Origin: Promethearchaeota archaeon
GTDB taxonomy: Archaea; Asgardarchaeota; Lokiarchaeia; Sigyniarchaeales; SOKP01
Reading direction: 5' to 3'
Length of the DNA: 64,000 nt
Assembly (NCBI GenBank): GCA_030599585.1
Contig: JAUVNS010000009.1
Span: 32,001 to 96,000, forward strand
Shown: piece after piece, positions 47,710 through 58,109 of the stretch
Position numbering within the stretch: position 1 is the stretch's first letter
How the letters are laid out: every line of letters starts with the position of its first letter
The notes under the pieces: model-generated
Database searches by the model: none
Told to the model about the DNA's origin: nothing
The model's input: the letters and a program-made list of their open reading frames with translations, nothing else
Position numbers and translations under genes: made by a program

Positions 47710-48369
47710 TTAATTGGAAAATAGTTCCTTTATTAATTCGGATATATTCTCTTCTGTAATAGCACTGGTTGTAATCACTTTAATATTCGGGTTTATTTCA
47801 ATAGCATCCCTAATCATTTCATCGAGATTGACATCTATAACATCAATTAGATCTATTTTATTTATGATTGCTATATCAGAAAATTTAAACAGCATAGGGT
47901 GTTTACGAATTACCCATGGGCCTTCAGTAATTGAGACTACTACAATCCGCTTATCAGTTCCTAAAATAAAATCTGAGGGGCAAATTAGATTACCCACATT
48001 TTCTATAAAAACAACATCAAAATTATTTAAATTATAATTTTTTAATACTTGAGAGATATGATATGAATTTAAGGCACATTCTCTACCTGTGTTAATCTGA
48101 ACGGTCTTAACGCCATATTTTTCAATGCGATCAGCATCTATTCGAGTGACAACATCCCCATTAATAACTAAAACTCGCTTATTTCTTGAGATATTTTTCG
48201 AAATTGATTCCAATAAAGCAGTTTTTCCTGCACCTATAGCTCCAACAATATCAAAGGACAAAATATTATGTTTTTTGAATATTTCTTTATTTCGAGCCGC
48301 TAGATTCTCATTGTGTTCAATTAAATCCTCGTTTAATTCAATAACTTTTGATAATCCATCTTCAGGCAT
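47710..48369 (-). CDS. hypB: hydrogenase nickel incorporation GTPase HypB
   Basis: GAIGAGKT, DA.R, INTGREC, ENVGNLICP and NKIDL. Confidence 0.92.
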   Translation of the reverse strand: MPEDGLSKVIELNEDLIEHNENLAARNKEIFKKHNILSFDIVGAIGAGKTALLESISKNISRNKRVLVINGDVVTRIDADRIEKYGVKTVQINTGRECALNSYHISQVLKNYNLNNFDVVFIENVGNLICPSDFILGTDKRIVVVSITEGPWVIRKHPMLFKFSDIAIINKIDLIDVIDVNLDEMIRDAIEINPNIKVITTSAITEENISELIKELFSN

Positions 48370-48448
48370 ATTATTTTAATGATTTAATTAAATTAAGATA
48401 AAAAAAATAAGATGTAATCGTTGATATTTTTTACTAATCAAAAAAAAT

Positions 48449-49381
48449 TCACATAAACATTCTATACTTATAAACCAAATATGATCCTACCACTCCACCT
48501 AATTCAGGGAGATAGTAGAGAAAAGATAGGAATGAACCACTTAACCCAAATAGTAATCCGGGAATTAATCTAAATAGAATAATCATAAGTAAGAAACTCT
48601 TTCCACTCATCCTGATGGGAATTATTACTACGCGTGCTTTTAATCTTTGATTCATTGCAGGGAAAATTGTAAAAGTAAACAAACCGTATAACCCCCCCCA
48701 AACTAATCCAACACTATCAAAATTAGAGGGACTATCTAAAGGATAATAAAATGTTATCCCCAGCCTCAGTATAATATAAAATAATATCGAAACAAACCCA
48801 GAAAATAAGAATAATTTCACTAAGAACTTCGTTCCAAAAGCTGTTTCAAGCATTTTCCCCATTAAAAAAGCAAAATAAAAGATTATGAATATAAGAATCA
48901 TTGAAAAGATGAAGAAATCATCGAATGGATTAATTGAATAAATAAAAAGAGACGTAATAAAAGTGTGATATGTAAATTTGTAAATTATCGCATTTAAGCT
49001 TAAAAAAACATACTCTTCTATACCCAAAATTCTAAATATTATCGCTACTATTGAAAAGGAGATAATTAGTAAAAGAATTACTTTAATACCTTGAAATTGT
49101 GATCTCTTAGACGAGTATCTGCGTATTTGCTTTGCAGATTTTTTCTCCTGCCTTTCTTGTCTTCTAATATATTTACTCACATTTATTGTTCCTTTATTTG
49201 TATCACTATGGTTAAGCTTAGATTCTTTAAGAGCTGAAGTTATGATAGGAATATGTTTTGATTCAAAACTACATTGGTGATTCTCAGGTAATCGATGTTC
49301 TTTACAATAAGCTCCTCCGCAATACTTGCATTTAAATGGTAAGAATGGTATTTTTTCTCCACAATGTTCGCAAAATGTCAT
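48449..49381 (-). CDS. AN1-type zinc finger fused to rhomboid-like membrane domain (predicted inactive)
   Basis: CEHC...PFKCKYCGGAYCKEHRLPENHQC, then TFITSLF, GKMLETAFGTKF, G.VWGGLYG and ELGG. Confidence 0.8.
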   Translation of the reverse strand: MTFCEHCGEKIPFLPFKCKYCGGAYCKEHRLPENHQCSFESKHIPIITSALKESKLNHSDTNKGTINVSKYIRRQERQEKKSAKQIRRYSSKRSQFQGIKVILLLIISFSIVAIIFRILGIEEYVFLSLNAIIYKFTYHTFITSLFIYSINPFDDFFIFSMILIFIIFYFAFLMGKMLETAFGTKFLVKLFLFSGFVSILFYIILRLGITFYYPLDSPSNFDSVGLVWGGLYGLFTFTIFPAMNQRLKARVVIIPIRMSGKSFLLMIILFRLIPGLLFGLSGSFLSFLYYLPELGGVVGSYLVYKYRMFM

Positions 49382-49532
49382 GAAATATTCCTTATAGTCT
49401 ACAAATCGTATTACTAATTATCAAGTATTTCTATTTAAGTTTACTTTCTTACATTTTTAAAATTTCGATCCTTGATAATTATTCTTATAAATTTATTCGT
49501 GATTCTTCATATCCTAATCAATGTAAAGAAAA

Positions 49533-50513
49533 TTAAATGTAAAGTCCTACTGGTGAATTAATAAGAAGTAAGGTCAATATTAACATAATAACCAACGAAC
49601 TCGTTAAGCCAATATAGACTCTTTTATTCCATTTCCATATATTTTGTCCATCTAATATCCCAATAGGAATCATATTAAAAGCTCCAAGCATAAAATTGAA
49701 GTAGGATGCATAACCAATGAAAAAATTCAAAGGATAGAGTGTATTAGGTATAAGTAGAGATATAATTAATAAAATCGAACCATAAATCAAATTAACTATT
49801 GGTCCTGCTGCTTTACATAGTCCTGTCTTTCTGTTTATTTTATCTAATCCTAATACCACGACTGCACCAGGGAGAGCTAGCATTGGAAACGTACTAGATG
49901 AACTTATTAAACTAATAAAGCCCATAACAAGGCTTAAAGTCGTTAAAAGCATCCCAAATGTAAGTAAGCGAAATTTTGTTTGAAGCCCAAAACGAATCGC
50001 TACTTGACGATGGCCAAATTCGTGGAAAAGAAATGCAGTCATATAAAAGCCAGCAAGCATAAAAAGAGCCCAAATATAACCCGAATCGATAATCTGATTA
50101 TAGAATGAAATTATTCCAATCAAAAAAATTAAGCTACATCCAATTATAAAATGAAGTAATTCAGATTTATGTGCCAATAATATTCCTTTAAAATTAATGC
50201 CAGAATCAGGATCAAAAGCGTTTTCCGGTACTGCTTGCTCTTGACGATACCACGTATAAGTTCCATCAGTTGTTCCTCGCGTGGTAGTTTCTGTAAAACT
50301 ACTTTGTTCTGTAAATGACGGAGTTGTTTGTGATGGAGCTGCATATTGAGGAGTCAATTGTGATGTCGCATGAGAAGTATAATTCAAGCTCTCTACGACA
50401 ATATTACATTCGTGATCAATAGGATCTTTATGCAACGAGCAATACGATTGGCCACATTTAGAACAACCATACAATTCGGAGTTTTCGGTACCACAATGAT
50501 AGCATTTTGGCAT
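49533..50513 (-). CDS. AN1-like zinc finger fused to M50 site-2 protease
   Basis: CYHC...CSKCGQSYCSLHKDPIDHEC; HEFGH, AAGPIVN and FNMIPIGILDG. Confidence 0.9.
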   Translation of the reverse strand: MPKCYHCGTENSELYGCSKCGQSYCSLHKDPIDHECNIVVESLNYTSHATSQLTPQYAAPSQTTPSFTEQSSFTETTTRGTTDGTYTWYRQEQAVPENAFDPDSGINFKGILLAHKSELLHFIIGCSLIFLIGIISFYNQIIDSGYIWALFMLAGFYMTAFLFHEFGHRQVAIRFGLQTKFRLLTFGMLLTTLSLVMGFISLISSSSTFPMLALPGAVVVLGLDKINRKTGLCKAAGPIVNLIYGSILLIISLLIPNTLYPLNFFIGYASYFNFMLGAFNMIPIGILDGQNIWKWNKRVYIGLTSSLVIMLILTLLLINSPVGLYI

Positions 50514-50737
50514 TTTTTATTGGTTCACTTTTTTTAACTATTTAAGAAGAACTTAGATATGATATAAAATTCAACATTAATAATATTAAGTTTAGATAAT
50601 TTGGAATTCGTTTTTTAGTATATTTTAATAAACTCCAATAGATTGTTAAATTCAGTGATTTCTCCCCCGTTCTTAATTACCATAAAATAATTAAATTACA
50701 ATTTACATACTTATTTATACAAAGTAACTAAAAACAG

Positions 50738-50992
50738 TTGATTATTACGGGGAAAAAAACAGTTTATTGCCCAACATGCGAAAAAAGTGTCATTCTTAGA
50801 AGGAAGAATTTTGAACATATCTACCACGAAATACTTTGCTTCTCCGTCATCTTAACGATGGGTTTAGGCTTCATACTTTATTTAATCTTGAAATACAGCA
50901 AACCCAAAAACAGATGCCCAAATTGCGAGGCAGAATTCGATCTTAGCAATCTTTCAGATCGTAAAATTCTTGAAAAAGATGTTTCTAGTTAG
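50738..50992 (+). CDS. LITAF-like zinc ribbon membrane protein
   Basis: CPTC...hydrophobic segment...RCPNC. Confidence 0.6.
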   Translation: MIITGKKTVYCPTCEKSVILRRKNFEHIYHEILCFSVILTMGLGFILYLILKYSKPKNRCPNCEAEFDLSNLSDRKILEKDVSS

Positions 50993-50995
50993 AAT

Positions 50996-51250
50996 TTACT
51001 GAACTTTCATTTCGTTTTTGCATCGTGGACAAATACGATCTTTTTCTGATAAATCCTTTTTCACTATCGTCTTTTTGTATTTACATTTTGGTTTAGAGCA
51101 GATAAGAACAAATTTCGTTAATTTGGTTGGTGGTTTTTCACCTTTCTTTTCTATCGGCTGAGTCTTAGGTTTTCTTGTTGATCCTGCGTCTTCTTTTTTC
51201 TCAGATTTTTTCACAGTTTCTTCTGGTTTTATCCACTTATCCAATCCCAA
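50996..51250 (-). CDS. small basic zinc-finger protein
   Basis: C-terminal CSKPKC...CPRC; N-terminal MGLDKW. Confidence 0.65.
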   Translation of the reverse strand: MGLDKWIKPEETVKKSEKKEDAGSTRKPKTQPIEKKGEKPPTKLTKFVLICSKPKCKYKKTIVKKDLSEKDRICPRCKNEMKVQ

Positions 51251-51380
51251 TTCTGAGTCACTTCATCATCTTTAACTGTTAAATTTCCACTAATAAAAAT
51301 AAAGTAATTACTCACAATATATAACTCTCAGTAATTAATATAAAATAAATAAAAAAAATGTCACTAATCGACATTAAAAA

Positions 51381-52622
51381 TTAATAGGTTTGAACTTTTC
51401 CGTTAATTAAACGCTTCCGTAAGTCAATAAAATACTCCTTACTTAACATCTCTTCAGATACTTCTTTAGCTATTTTATCAATGCTCGAAAAGTTTACATT
51501 TTCAGCAGGGATCAGTTCTATCGAATTCACCCAAGGATCAGTAATAGGTCGTCCAATCTGGGAAAGTAATTTGACATGCGCTTCTAAGATGTCGCCTTCT
51601 CCTCTTTTATAGATTTCTCTACTCATTTCTGTGCCTAGAATGTTATACAATTTACCTACATGGTTTATTGGGTTTTTTCCACAAACTGCTTCCAAACTCA
51701 TAGGTCTACAAGGAGTAATTAACCCATTCGATCGATTACCTCTTCCTACTTCACCATCGTCTCCCGCTTCAGCTGAAGTTCCAGTTATTGTAAGATAAAG
51801 AATTCCTTTATCCACGTTATCTCCTACATTTACTTGGCATGTGACTTCGCGTTCGGGGATGATTTTTGCCGCCAAATCTAAAACAGCGTCTTTAATTTGA
51901 TTTGTGTAATTAACATATTCATCGGCATCATTGATGTACTTGCTAACCATAGCAGCCGCTACGGTAATTCCTACTTTATTATCGAGTCTTTCCGTCATAA
52001 CTTTAATATCTTCTCCCGAAGCTTTACATTTCTCTTTGAATTTATCTGAGTTGAGTAGTTTTTCAGCTTCTAATGTTATCTTTTCTACATCTGAATAGGG
52101 AGCATAACCTACTCCAAAACTCGTATCGTTTGAAAGTGGTATGTCATCTGTGTGGTGGGAGTCATCAAAAACTCCAGTTAAGTCTATAGATCCAGGTCGG
52201 ACGGCATAATCAAATTGGATGTCACTATTAAGGTTAAGATTCCTGAAGATATCTGCGAGAATTTTCCTTTGGGTGTCAAGGCAAATAATTGAAACTGGTA
52301 TATACTCTAATTTACTTTCAGTTCCACATTCAGTGAGGATTTGATTTATTGCTCTTCCCACTATTAAAAAATATTGTGGTTGAATTATCATTCCTCCACC
52401 AAACTCTGGTTTAGCCGTCCCCCCAACTAATGCTGCTTTATCAACATTGTGATGGTAAACCCTATCGAAGTTTTCCATATAGTACAGACAAAGCGCCCTC
52501 GAACAAGCATCGGCAACTGCGTCGCACACGGTATCCGGGTGCCCCACGCCTTTCCGCTCGCATATTTCCGGAAATTCGCTTTTTTCAATCGGTAAAAAAT
52601 TCGCTTGTGTAATTTTCAACAT
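51381..52622 (-). CDS. mat: archaeal-type S-adenosylmethionine synthetase
   Basis: [42 protein letters not shown] and [12 protein letters not shown]. Confidence 0.97.
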   Translation of the reverse strand: MLKITQANFLPIEKSEFPEICERKGVGHPDTVCDAVADACSRALCLYYMENFDRVYHHNVDKAALVGGTAKPEFGGGMIIQPQYFLIVGRAINQILTECGTESKLEYIPVSIICLDTQRKILADIFRNLNLNSDIQFDYAVRPGSIDLTGVFDDSHHTDDIPLSNDTSFGVGYAPYSDVEKITLEAEKLLNSDKFKEKCKASGEDIKVMTERLDNKVGITVAAAMVSKYINDADEYVNYTNQIKDAVLDLAAKIIPEREVTCQVNVGDNVDKGILYLTITGTSAEAGDDGEVGRGNRSNGLITPCRPMSLEAVCGKNPINHVGKLYNILGTEMSREIYKRGEGDILEAHVKLLSQIGRPITDPWVNSIELIPAENVNFSSIDKIAKEVSEEMLSKEYFIDLRKRLINGKVQTY

Positions 52623-52768
52623 TTTACTTAGACTCTATGTGATTTATATAAATAGTTATTTTAATTATGTGGGTTAAAATTAATGGTATTTATAAATAAT
52701 TATTGATAATAATATGCATAGTTTGCATGAAATATGCGCTTAAATTATAATAATTAAACTTTACGCAT

Positions 52769-53341
52769 TTGAAAATGGATGTATTACCAGATTCTCTACA
52801 AATTAGAAGTTTACGAAAGAGTTTAAACATTAGTCAAAAAGAGTTGGGAGAGAAATTAAACATTTCTCAATCTACGATATCAAGAATAGAAAATGGGACG
52901 ATGGATCCCCCCTACTCCAAGTTCAAACAAATTTATGAATTCTTAGAAAACGAAAGAATATCACGTAAACGATCCACAAAACATGCCGTAGACATCCTTA
53001 CTCCAGAAATTATATTCATAAATCCGCAATCAACCGTGAGAGAAGCCGTGGAGCTGATGACAAAATACAATATATCACAAATACCAATTTTAGAGAACAA
53101 TTATAATTATGGGAGTATAACCTCTAAAAAAATTCAGAAGTATATAACTGATGATCCAATAATTTTGAATTTAAAGGTTACCGATGTCAAAGAATTGCCT
53201 TTTCCAGAAGTAGAAAAAAATTGGAATGTAAAAGACATCTCAAGTTTATTGTTAAATTATTCAGCCGTTTTGGTTAAAGAAGACAAAAAATATATTGGGA
53301 TAATTACAGATTCTAATTTTCTTAAACTTACGAGTAAATAA
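52769..53341 (+). CDS. XRE-HTH plus CBS-pair transcriptional regulator (COG3620-like)
   Basis: ISQKELG...SQSTISRIE.G..DP followed by two CBS repeats. Confidence 0.9.
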   Translation: MKMDVLPDSLQIRSLRKSLNISQKELGEKLNISQSTISRIENGTMDPPYSKFKQIYEFLENERISRKRSTKHAVDILTPEIIFINPQSTVREAVELMTKYNISQIPILENNYNYGSITSKKIQKYITDDPIILNLKVTDVKELPFPEVEKNWNVKDISSLLLNYSAVLVKEDKKYIGIITDSNFLKLTSK

Positions 53342-53468
53342 AAAACCCCCCGTATGTCAAACCAGAATCTACAAGTCTGTTTATAAATTAAGAAAATCAT
53401 ACCTAAATTTTATATACCCAATAAAAAAATTTTATTAAACTGTTTAGCTTTCTTAGATTTGGGAATAA

Positions 53469-54479
53469 ATGAATAGTACTATACTTGAAAAAATTGATGA
53501 TTTGCTGAAAAAAGCAAATTTTGAAACATTCATGTTAGATAATTTTTGCAATAAAAAAAACAAATTTTGCTTTGATTTGCTCGTCAAAAAGAACGATCTC
53601 ATATTTAGCGTGAAAGTTTTTAATAACATCGATAATATAAGCGCTGAAATAGTTAACGACATTAAATCATTGTCTACGCTGCTAAAATCTAAACCATTAT
53701 TAATAGGGATTAAAAATCGGTACAATGAATTAGAAGACAACACTATTTATATTAGAGACGGGCTACCCTTCATTACTTTAGCGACTTTAGAAAACATAAT
53801 TGATAAAGGGTTATATCCCTACATTCTGGCAAGAAGAGGTGGTGGTATTATGTTTTTAAACGGAAACATTATGAAATTCATTAGAGAAAAGCAGGAGATA
53901 TCACGAAAGGAATTATCGGAGTTACTTGGTGTAACAAAACGTACCGTATGTGCTTACGAAAATGAAAGTATGCGACCTTCTGAAAAAATCGCTAAAAAGT
54001 TATCAAACATCCTAGAAAATAAAGATCTCTTTCGGAAAATTAATCTTTTTGATTGGAATTTCAAATTTGAAATTGATTTGAAAGAACCTCAAGAGTACGT
54101 TGCTCTTAATCCTTTTGAAACCCACCTTCAAGCAGTTTTAGACGACATTGGAGTTTGTTCTTATTGGTACAAAAATAGTCCAATTCCGTTTAAATTATCT
54201 TTGTATTCTAAAGTTTCTGACGATAATAAGGAAAGAAATGTGTTTCCTCTTTTTTCGGGCGTTTCAGAAGAGGATAAAAAGATTAACGAACGTAGTCTCA
54301 GTTGCTTAAATATGTTCAACAAATTGTTCAAAGTAAATTCTCTCTTTATTGTAAATAACGACATCAAAATACCAGATTCGTTAAGAAAAATTAAAGTTCC
54401 TATTGTTAAAATTAGAAATTTAGAAAAGATAGATGACGAAGAGGAATTTATTGACCTCGTCCAAGAATCAGGAATTTAA
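53469..54479 (+). CDS. archaeal HTH transcriptional regulator (COG1395-like)
   Basis: FDLLVKK...VKV..NID, LED...Y.RDG, RGGG and a central XRE HTH. Confidence 0.85.
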   Translation: MNSTILEKIDDLLKKANFETFMLDNFCNKKNKFCFDLLVKKNDLIFSVKVFNNIDNISAEIVNDIKSLSTLLKSKPLLIGIKNRYNELEDNTIYIRDGLPFITLATLENIIDKGLYPYILARRGGGIMFLNGNIMKFIREKQEISRKELSELLGVTKRTVCAYENESMRPSEKIAKKLSNILENKDLFRKINLFDWNFKFEIDLKEPQEYVALNPFETHLQAVLDDIGVCSYWYKNSPIPFKLSLYSKVSDDNKERNVFPLFSGVSEEDKKINERSLSCLNMFNKLFKVNSLFIVNNDIKIPDSLRKIKVPIVKIRNLEKIDDEEEFIDLVQESGI

Positions 54480-55149
54480 CCACGATGTTATTTGTGGTAT
54501 TGACGAGGCGGGAAGAGGTCCCGTATTAGGACCAATGGTAATTTGTGGCGTGTGTTTTTTCGAAGCTGAGTTAAAATTGCTTGTTGATATAGGAGTTAAG
54601 GATTCAAAGAAATTATCGCCCAAAAAGCGGACTGAACTAGCTAAAATAATAAAGGATAAATGTATAAGTTATAAGACTATTGTCGTTACGGCTCAAGAAA
54701 TCGACGCAAGAGAAAAAAATAGAATTACTTTGAATAGACTTGAAGAAATTAAGATGGCAGAAATTATCGAAGCTTTAAAGCCCCATATTATTTATATCGA
54801 CGCTGCAGATGTGAACGAGGCAAGATTTGGGAAATCTATCCAAAAACTTCTTAAATATTCGCCTACTAAAATAATATCTAAGCATAAAGCAGATGATTTA
54901 TACCCGATCGTCTCAGCTAGCTCAATAATTGCAAAAGATGCGAGAGATAGCATTATTGAAGAATTAAAAAAGAATTACGGAGATTTTGGATCAGGATATC
55001 CCTCTGATGCGCGATCTATAAAATTTCTGAGAGAGTGGATAAAAGAGAAGAAAAAGGCTCCACTGATCGCTAGAAAATCTTGGGAAACTACGAAAAAAAT
55101 AATTAGAGAAGAAATATCTAACACTAAAATAACTGATTTTGTTAAATGA
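54433..55149 (+). CDS. rnhB: ribonuclease HII
   Basis: GIDEAGRGPVLGPMV, DSKKL, HKAD, SASSIIAK, GSGYPSD and C-terminal PIP-like TKITDF. Confidence 0.97.
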   Translation: MTKRNLLTSSKNQEFNHDVICGIDEAGRGPVLGPMVICGVCFFEAELKLLVDIGVKDSKKLSPKKRTELAKIIKDKCISYKTIVVTAQEIDAREKNRITLNRLEEIKMAEIIEALKPHIIYIDAADVNEARFGKSIQKLLKYSPTKIISKHKADDLYPIVSASSIIAKDARDSIIEELKKNYGDFGSGYPSDARSIKFLREWIKEKKKAPLIARKSWETTKKIIREEISNTKITDFVK

Positions 55150-55191
55150 GATTTACAATCACAACTATTATTATGATTTCTCTTTTTCAAA

Positions 55192-55950
55192 TTATTTTTG
55201 AACAGTTAAAATAATGTGATTTGCAGCGTATTTATGAATGTTTATGCTATCGATTATTACATATCCCGCTTTTTCTAAAATTTTTTTTTCTTGCATGTAA
55301 ATTTTTTCAGACTTTTCTACGCTGTCAATTGATTGAGATTTTATCGCGAGAATTAAAAAGCCCTTATTTTTTAGATAATAATCGCAATTTTCAATGGCTA
55401 TTTTTGCTTGATTAGGTTGAGCGATGTCTTGATAGACTAGATCGATAGGAGTAAAAATAGATTTAGCATAGCTTTCTGGAAAATTAGCGTTACCTAATAA
55501 TGGAACGATATTCTTTCTTTTATCGGTGTTTTGAATCAATTGTCTCATGCTACGTTCAGCAAATTCGACTCCGTAAATAACTCCCTCGTAAACAATGTCA
55601 GAAAGATGAGAAATTGTAGTTCCAGAGGATGCTCCTAAATACAAGCAACTTAAATCTTTCTTCAAGAATTCCAGCGAAGGCTTTTCCAATATCATCGCAG
55701 CTAATTTACTCCTAAAGGGATCCCATTCACGATATTCCTCTCCTTTAAAAGTAATTAGTCTCTCTCCATATACTTTATTGCCAGGAATTAGGTTTTTAGA
55801 ATAAAGTTTTGGATTCTGTGGTAACCCCGAGATATAAACATTAGAAAATTTTGGATGTGCTCTTATGGTAATGTTGCTCAATTTAACTTTACCTCCTTTT
55901 TTTTTTACTTGTTTGTTTTTTATTATATCTAATCTTAGTTTTGGGCTCAC
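55192..55950 (-). CDS. flpA: fibrillarin 2'-O-methyltransferase (probable start TTG at 55881)
   Basis: VYGE, YREWDPFRSKLAA, LYLGASSGTT.SH and DIAQPNQ; GGAGGT SD upstream of 55881. Confidence 0.97.
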   Translation of the reverse strand: MSPKLRLDIIKNKQVKKKGGKVKLSNITIRAHPKFSNVYISGLPQNPKLYSKNLIPGNKVYGERLITFKGEEYREWDPFRSKLAAMILEKPSLEFLKKDLSCLYLGASSGTTISHLSDIVYEGVIYGVEFAERSMRQLIQNTDKRKNIVPLLGNANFPESYAKSIFTPIDLVYQDIAQPNQAKIAIENCDYYLKNKGFLILAIKSQSIDSVEKSEKIYMQEKKILEKAGYVIIDSINIHKYAANHIILTVQK

Positions 55951-57124
55951 TTCTTTTTAGTGGAGGTTTAGGATATTTCTTCTCAATTTCCCGGATTTTT
56001 TCGTTTATCACCTTTGAAAGCACATCGGCTACAAACTCACCTCCAAAATAATCTACTTTTGCTGAAATACCAATTTTTCCAGATATAACTCGAGATATCT
56101 TCCCTCTATTCCAGGCCTTACTTCCCCGGATTAGGTTCCACTGAAAAATTAAACCGTGTTTTGGGCGTTTTTCACCGGTTTTAAGGAACCTATATAACGC
56201 CTTCTCAGCCCCCAATAATTGAACTCTTGAAGCTGGCATGAATGCTAATTTTTTTAAACTCCCCGCTTTTGCTATTAGTTTCGCCCCAATTAAACCTCCA
56301 ACTAAAGCAAGGAGATTTGGAGCAACTTGTTCCATTAATGTATCTAAATATTCCTCTAACTCTTGCGTAAAATCGTCCAAAGATAAAATTTCATCAGCGT
56401 ATTTTTTAATTATGCTAAGATCAATATCTGCTCCCATTGATTGGGATGCTAATTTCTGCAGCATTTTAATTTTTGCTTCTTTAAAACCAAACTCTTGATC
56501 GATCTTATCATAGGTGAAATTATCACGATTTCCTAAAACTGAAATGAGTCTTGCTATAAGGATATTATCTTCAATAAATTTATCAACTAATTCCGGAAAA
56601 TGTAAACCATACCATTCTCTCATGCGGCTTGAGAATAAACTTATTGATTTTTTAAGAATATCCAAAGTTTCTATGATTTGAACAATTTCTACATCTCCCT
56701 TACTCCCAAATTGACTAATTTGTTCTTTGATCAGATGTTCTTCAACTCTCTTAAAGAAAGAGAGAATTTCGTCTCGTGTTTTCGTGATACCTATTTTTTT
56801 CAATTGATCACTCAAAGTGAAGCGAAAAGTTTTAAATTCTAAAGAGAGTTTTTCAAAAGAAGTGTTATATCGTAAATTCTGCATTGTTAGGTCTTTTAGT
56901 TTTCTATTATCAAACACAAAATCATCAAAACCTGAACTATTTAATTCATTCATAAATTCTAAATACTCTTCTGAGAGAGTTTCGCTATTTAATGAATTAT
57001 AAAAATGGACTGATTTTTGAATGTCGTCTAAGAAATCTATATAATTAAGGAAATTTCCTCCATCATCAATAGCAAATATCCCTATTAAAGAATCAATAAT
57101 ATAACATCTCATTATTCTATACAC
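55889..57124 (-). CDS. nop5: box C/D sRNP subunit Nop5/Nop56
   Basis: REWYGLHFPEL, SMG, APNL, QLLGAEKAL and PKHG. Confidence 0.96.
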   Translation of the reverse strand: MYRIMRCYIIDSLIGIFAIDDGGNFLNYIDFLDDIQKSVHFYNSLNSETLSEEYLEFMNELNSSGFDDFVFDNRKLKDLTMQNLRYNTSFEKLSLEFKTFRFTLSDQLKKIGITKTRDEILSFFKRVEEHLIKEQISQFGSKGDVEIVQIIETLDILKKSISLFSSRMREWYGLHFPELVDKFIEDNILIARLISVLGNRDNFTYDKIDQEFGFKEAKIKMLQKLASQSMGADIDLSIIKKYADEILSLDDFTQELEEYLDTLMEQVAPNLLALVGGLIGAKLIAKAGSLKKLAFMPASRVQLLGAEKALYRFLKTGEKRPKHGLIFQWNLIRGSKAWNRGKISRVISGKIGISAKVDYFGGEFVADVLSKVINEKIREIEKKYPKPPLKRSEPKTKIRYNKKQTSKKKRR

Positions 57125-57182
57125 TTGCTTTAGTAAAATTTCTCAAATAATAATAATAATCATTTCTTACATAATAATAGTA

Positions 57183-58109
57183 ATGCTTGAACTAAATATT
57201 TCTGAGTTAAAATTAAACTCTCCTTTAATTTTAGCTTCCGGCATTTTAGGGGTTTCTTATTCTAGTATGAAAAGGTTAATTGACGCTGGATTAGGCGCAA
57301 TTACTACCAAATCAATTGGTCCTGTCCGAAGAAAGGGATTTAAGAACCCTTCAATCATTGAAGTACATAATGGCTCTTTTTTAAATAGTGTAGGTCTTGG
57401 AAATCCTGGAATAGATAGTTTTATTACAGAAATTAAAGAAATTAAAAAATACGGTTTCCCTTTAATTGTAAGCGTTTTCGGAGATACAACTAACTCTTAC
57501 ATTGAAGTTGCCTCAAAAGCTGAAAAGGCAGGGGCTAACGCTATTGAAATTAACATCTCTTGCCCGCATGCTGAAGTATCTAGCATAGGAATTGATAAAA
57601 ATCTAACTTATTCAGTTGTTAAAGCTATAAAAGAGAAAATAACTGTCCCTCTGTTTGTTAAACTAAATCCAAATGTAACCCATATGGGCGAAATTGCTAT
57701 AGCAGCACAGAAAGGGGGTGCCGATGGAGTAGTCGCAATTAATACTCTTGCCGCTATGAAAATTGATATTAATGTAAAAAGACCTATTTTATCGCATGGA
57801 AGTGGAGGACTTTCAGGAATTGCAATACATCCCATAGCTGTGAAAAAAATATACGATCTTTATAAAATTTTAGAGATTCCTATAATTGGATGCGGGGGGG
57901 TATCTACATATGAAGATGCGATTGAATTTTTCTTGGCAGGAGCTTCTGCTGTTCAAATTGGAACTGCTCTCTATCAAGGATATGATATTATCTCCAAAAT
58001 TAATCAGGGATTAAAAAAATATCTTAAAGAAAACGAATACAATTCAATCTCTGAAATTACGGGTTTAGCACATAATTTCAAAACGCAAGAGGTACCCGAT
58101 TTTGACTAA
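57183..58109 (+). CDS. pyrD: dihydroorotate dehydrogenase B catalytic subunit
   Basis: ASG, TKS, NSVGL.NPG, NISCPH, KL.PN, INT, GGLSG and GASAVQIGT. Confidence 0.96.
   Translation: MLELNISELKLNSPLILASGILGVSYSSMKRLIDAGLGAITTKSIGPVRRKGFKNPSIIEVHNGSFLNSVGLGNPGIDSFITEIKEIKKYGFPLIVSVFGDTTNSYIEVASKAEKAGANAIEINISCPHAEVSSIGIDKNLTYSVVKAIKEKITVPLFVKLNPNVTHMGEIAIAAQKGGADGVVAINTLAAMKIDINVKRPILSHGSGGLSGIAIHPIAVKKIYDLYKILEIPIIGCGGVSTYEDAIEFFLAGASAVQIGTALYQGYDIISKINQGLKKYLKENEYNSISEITGLAHNFKTQEVPDFD

Noticed and set aside
47710-48369. Hydrogenase gene cluster
   Set aside because: hypB is solitary; no other hyp or hydrogenase genes are in the window.
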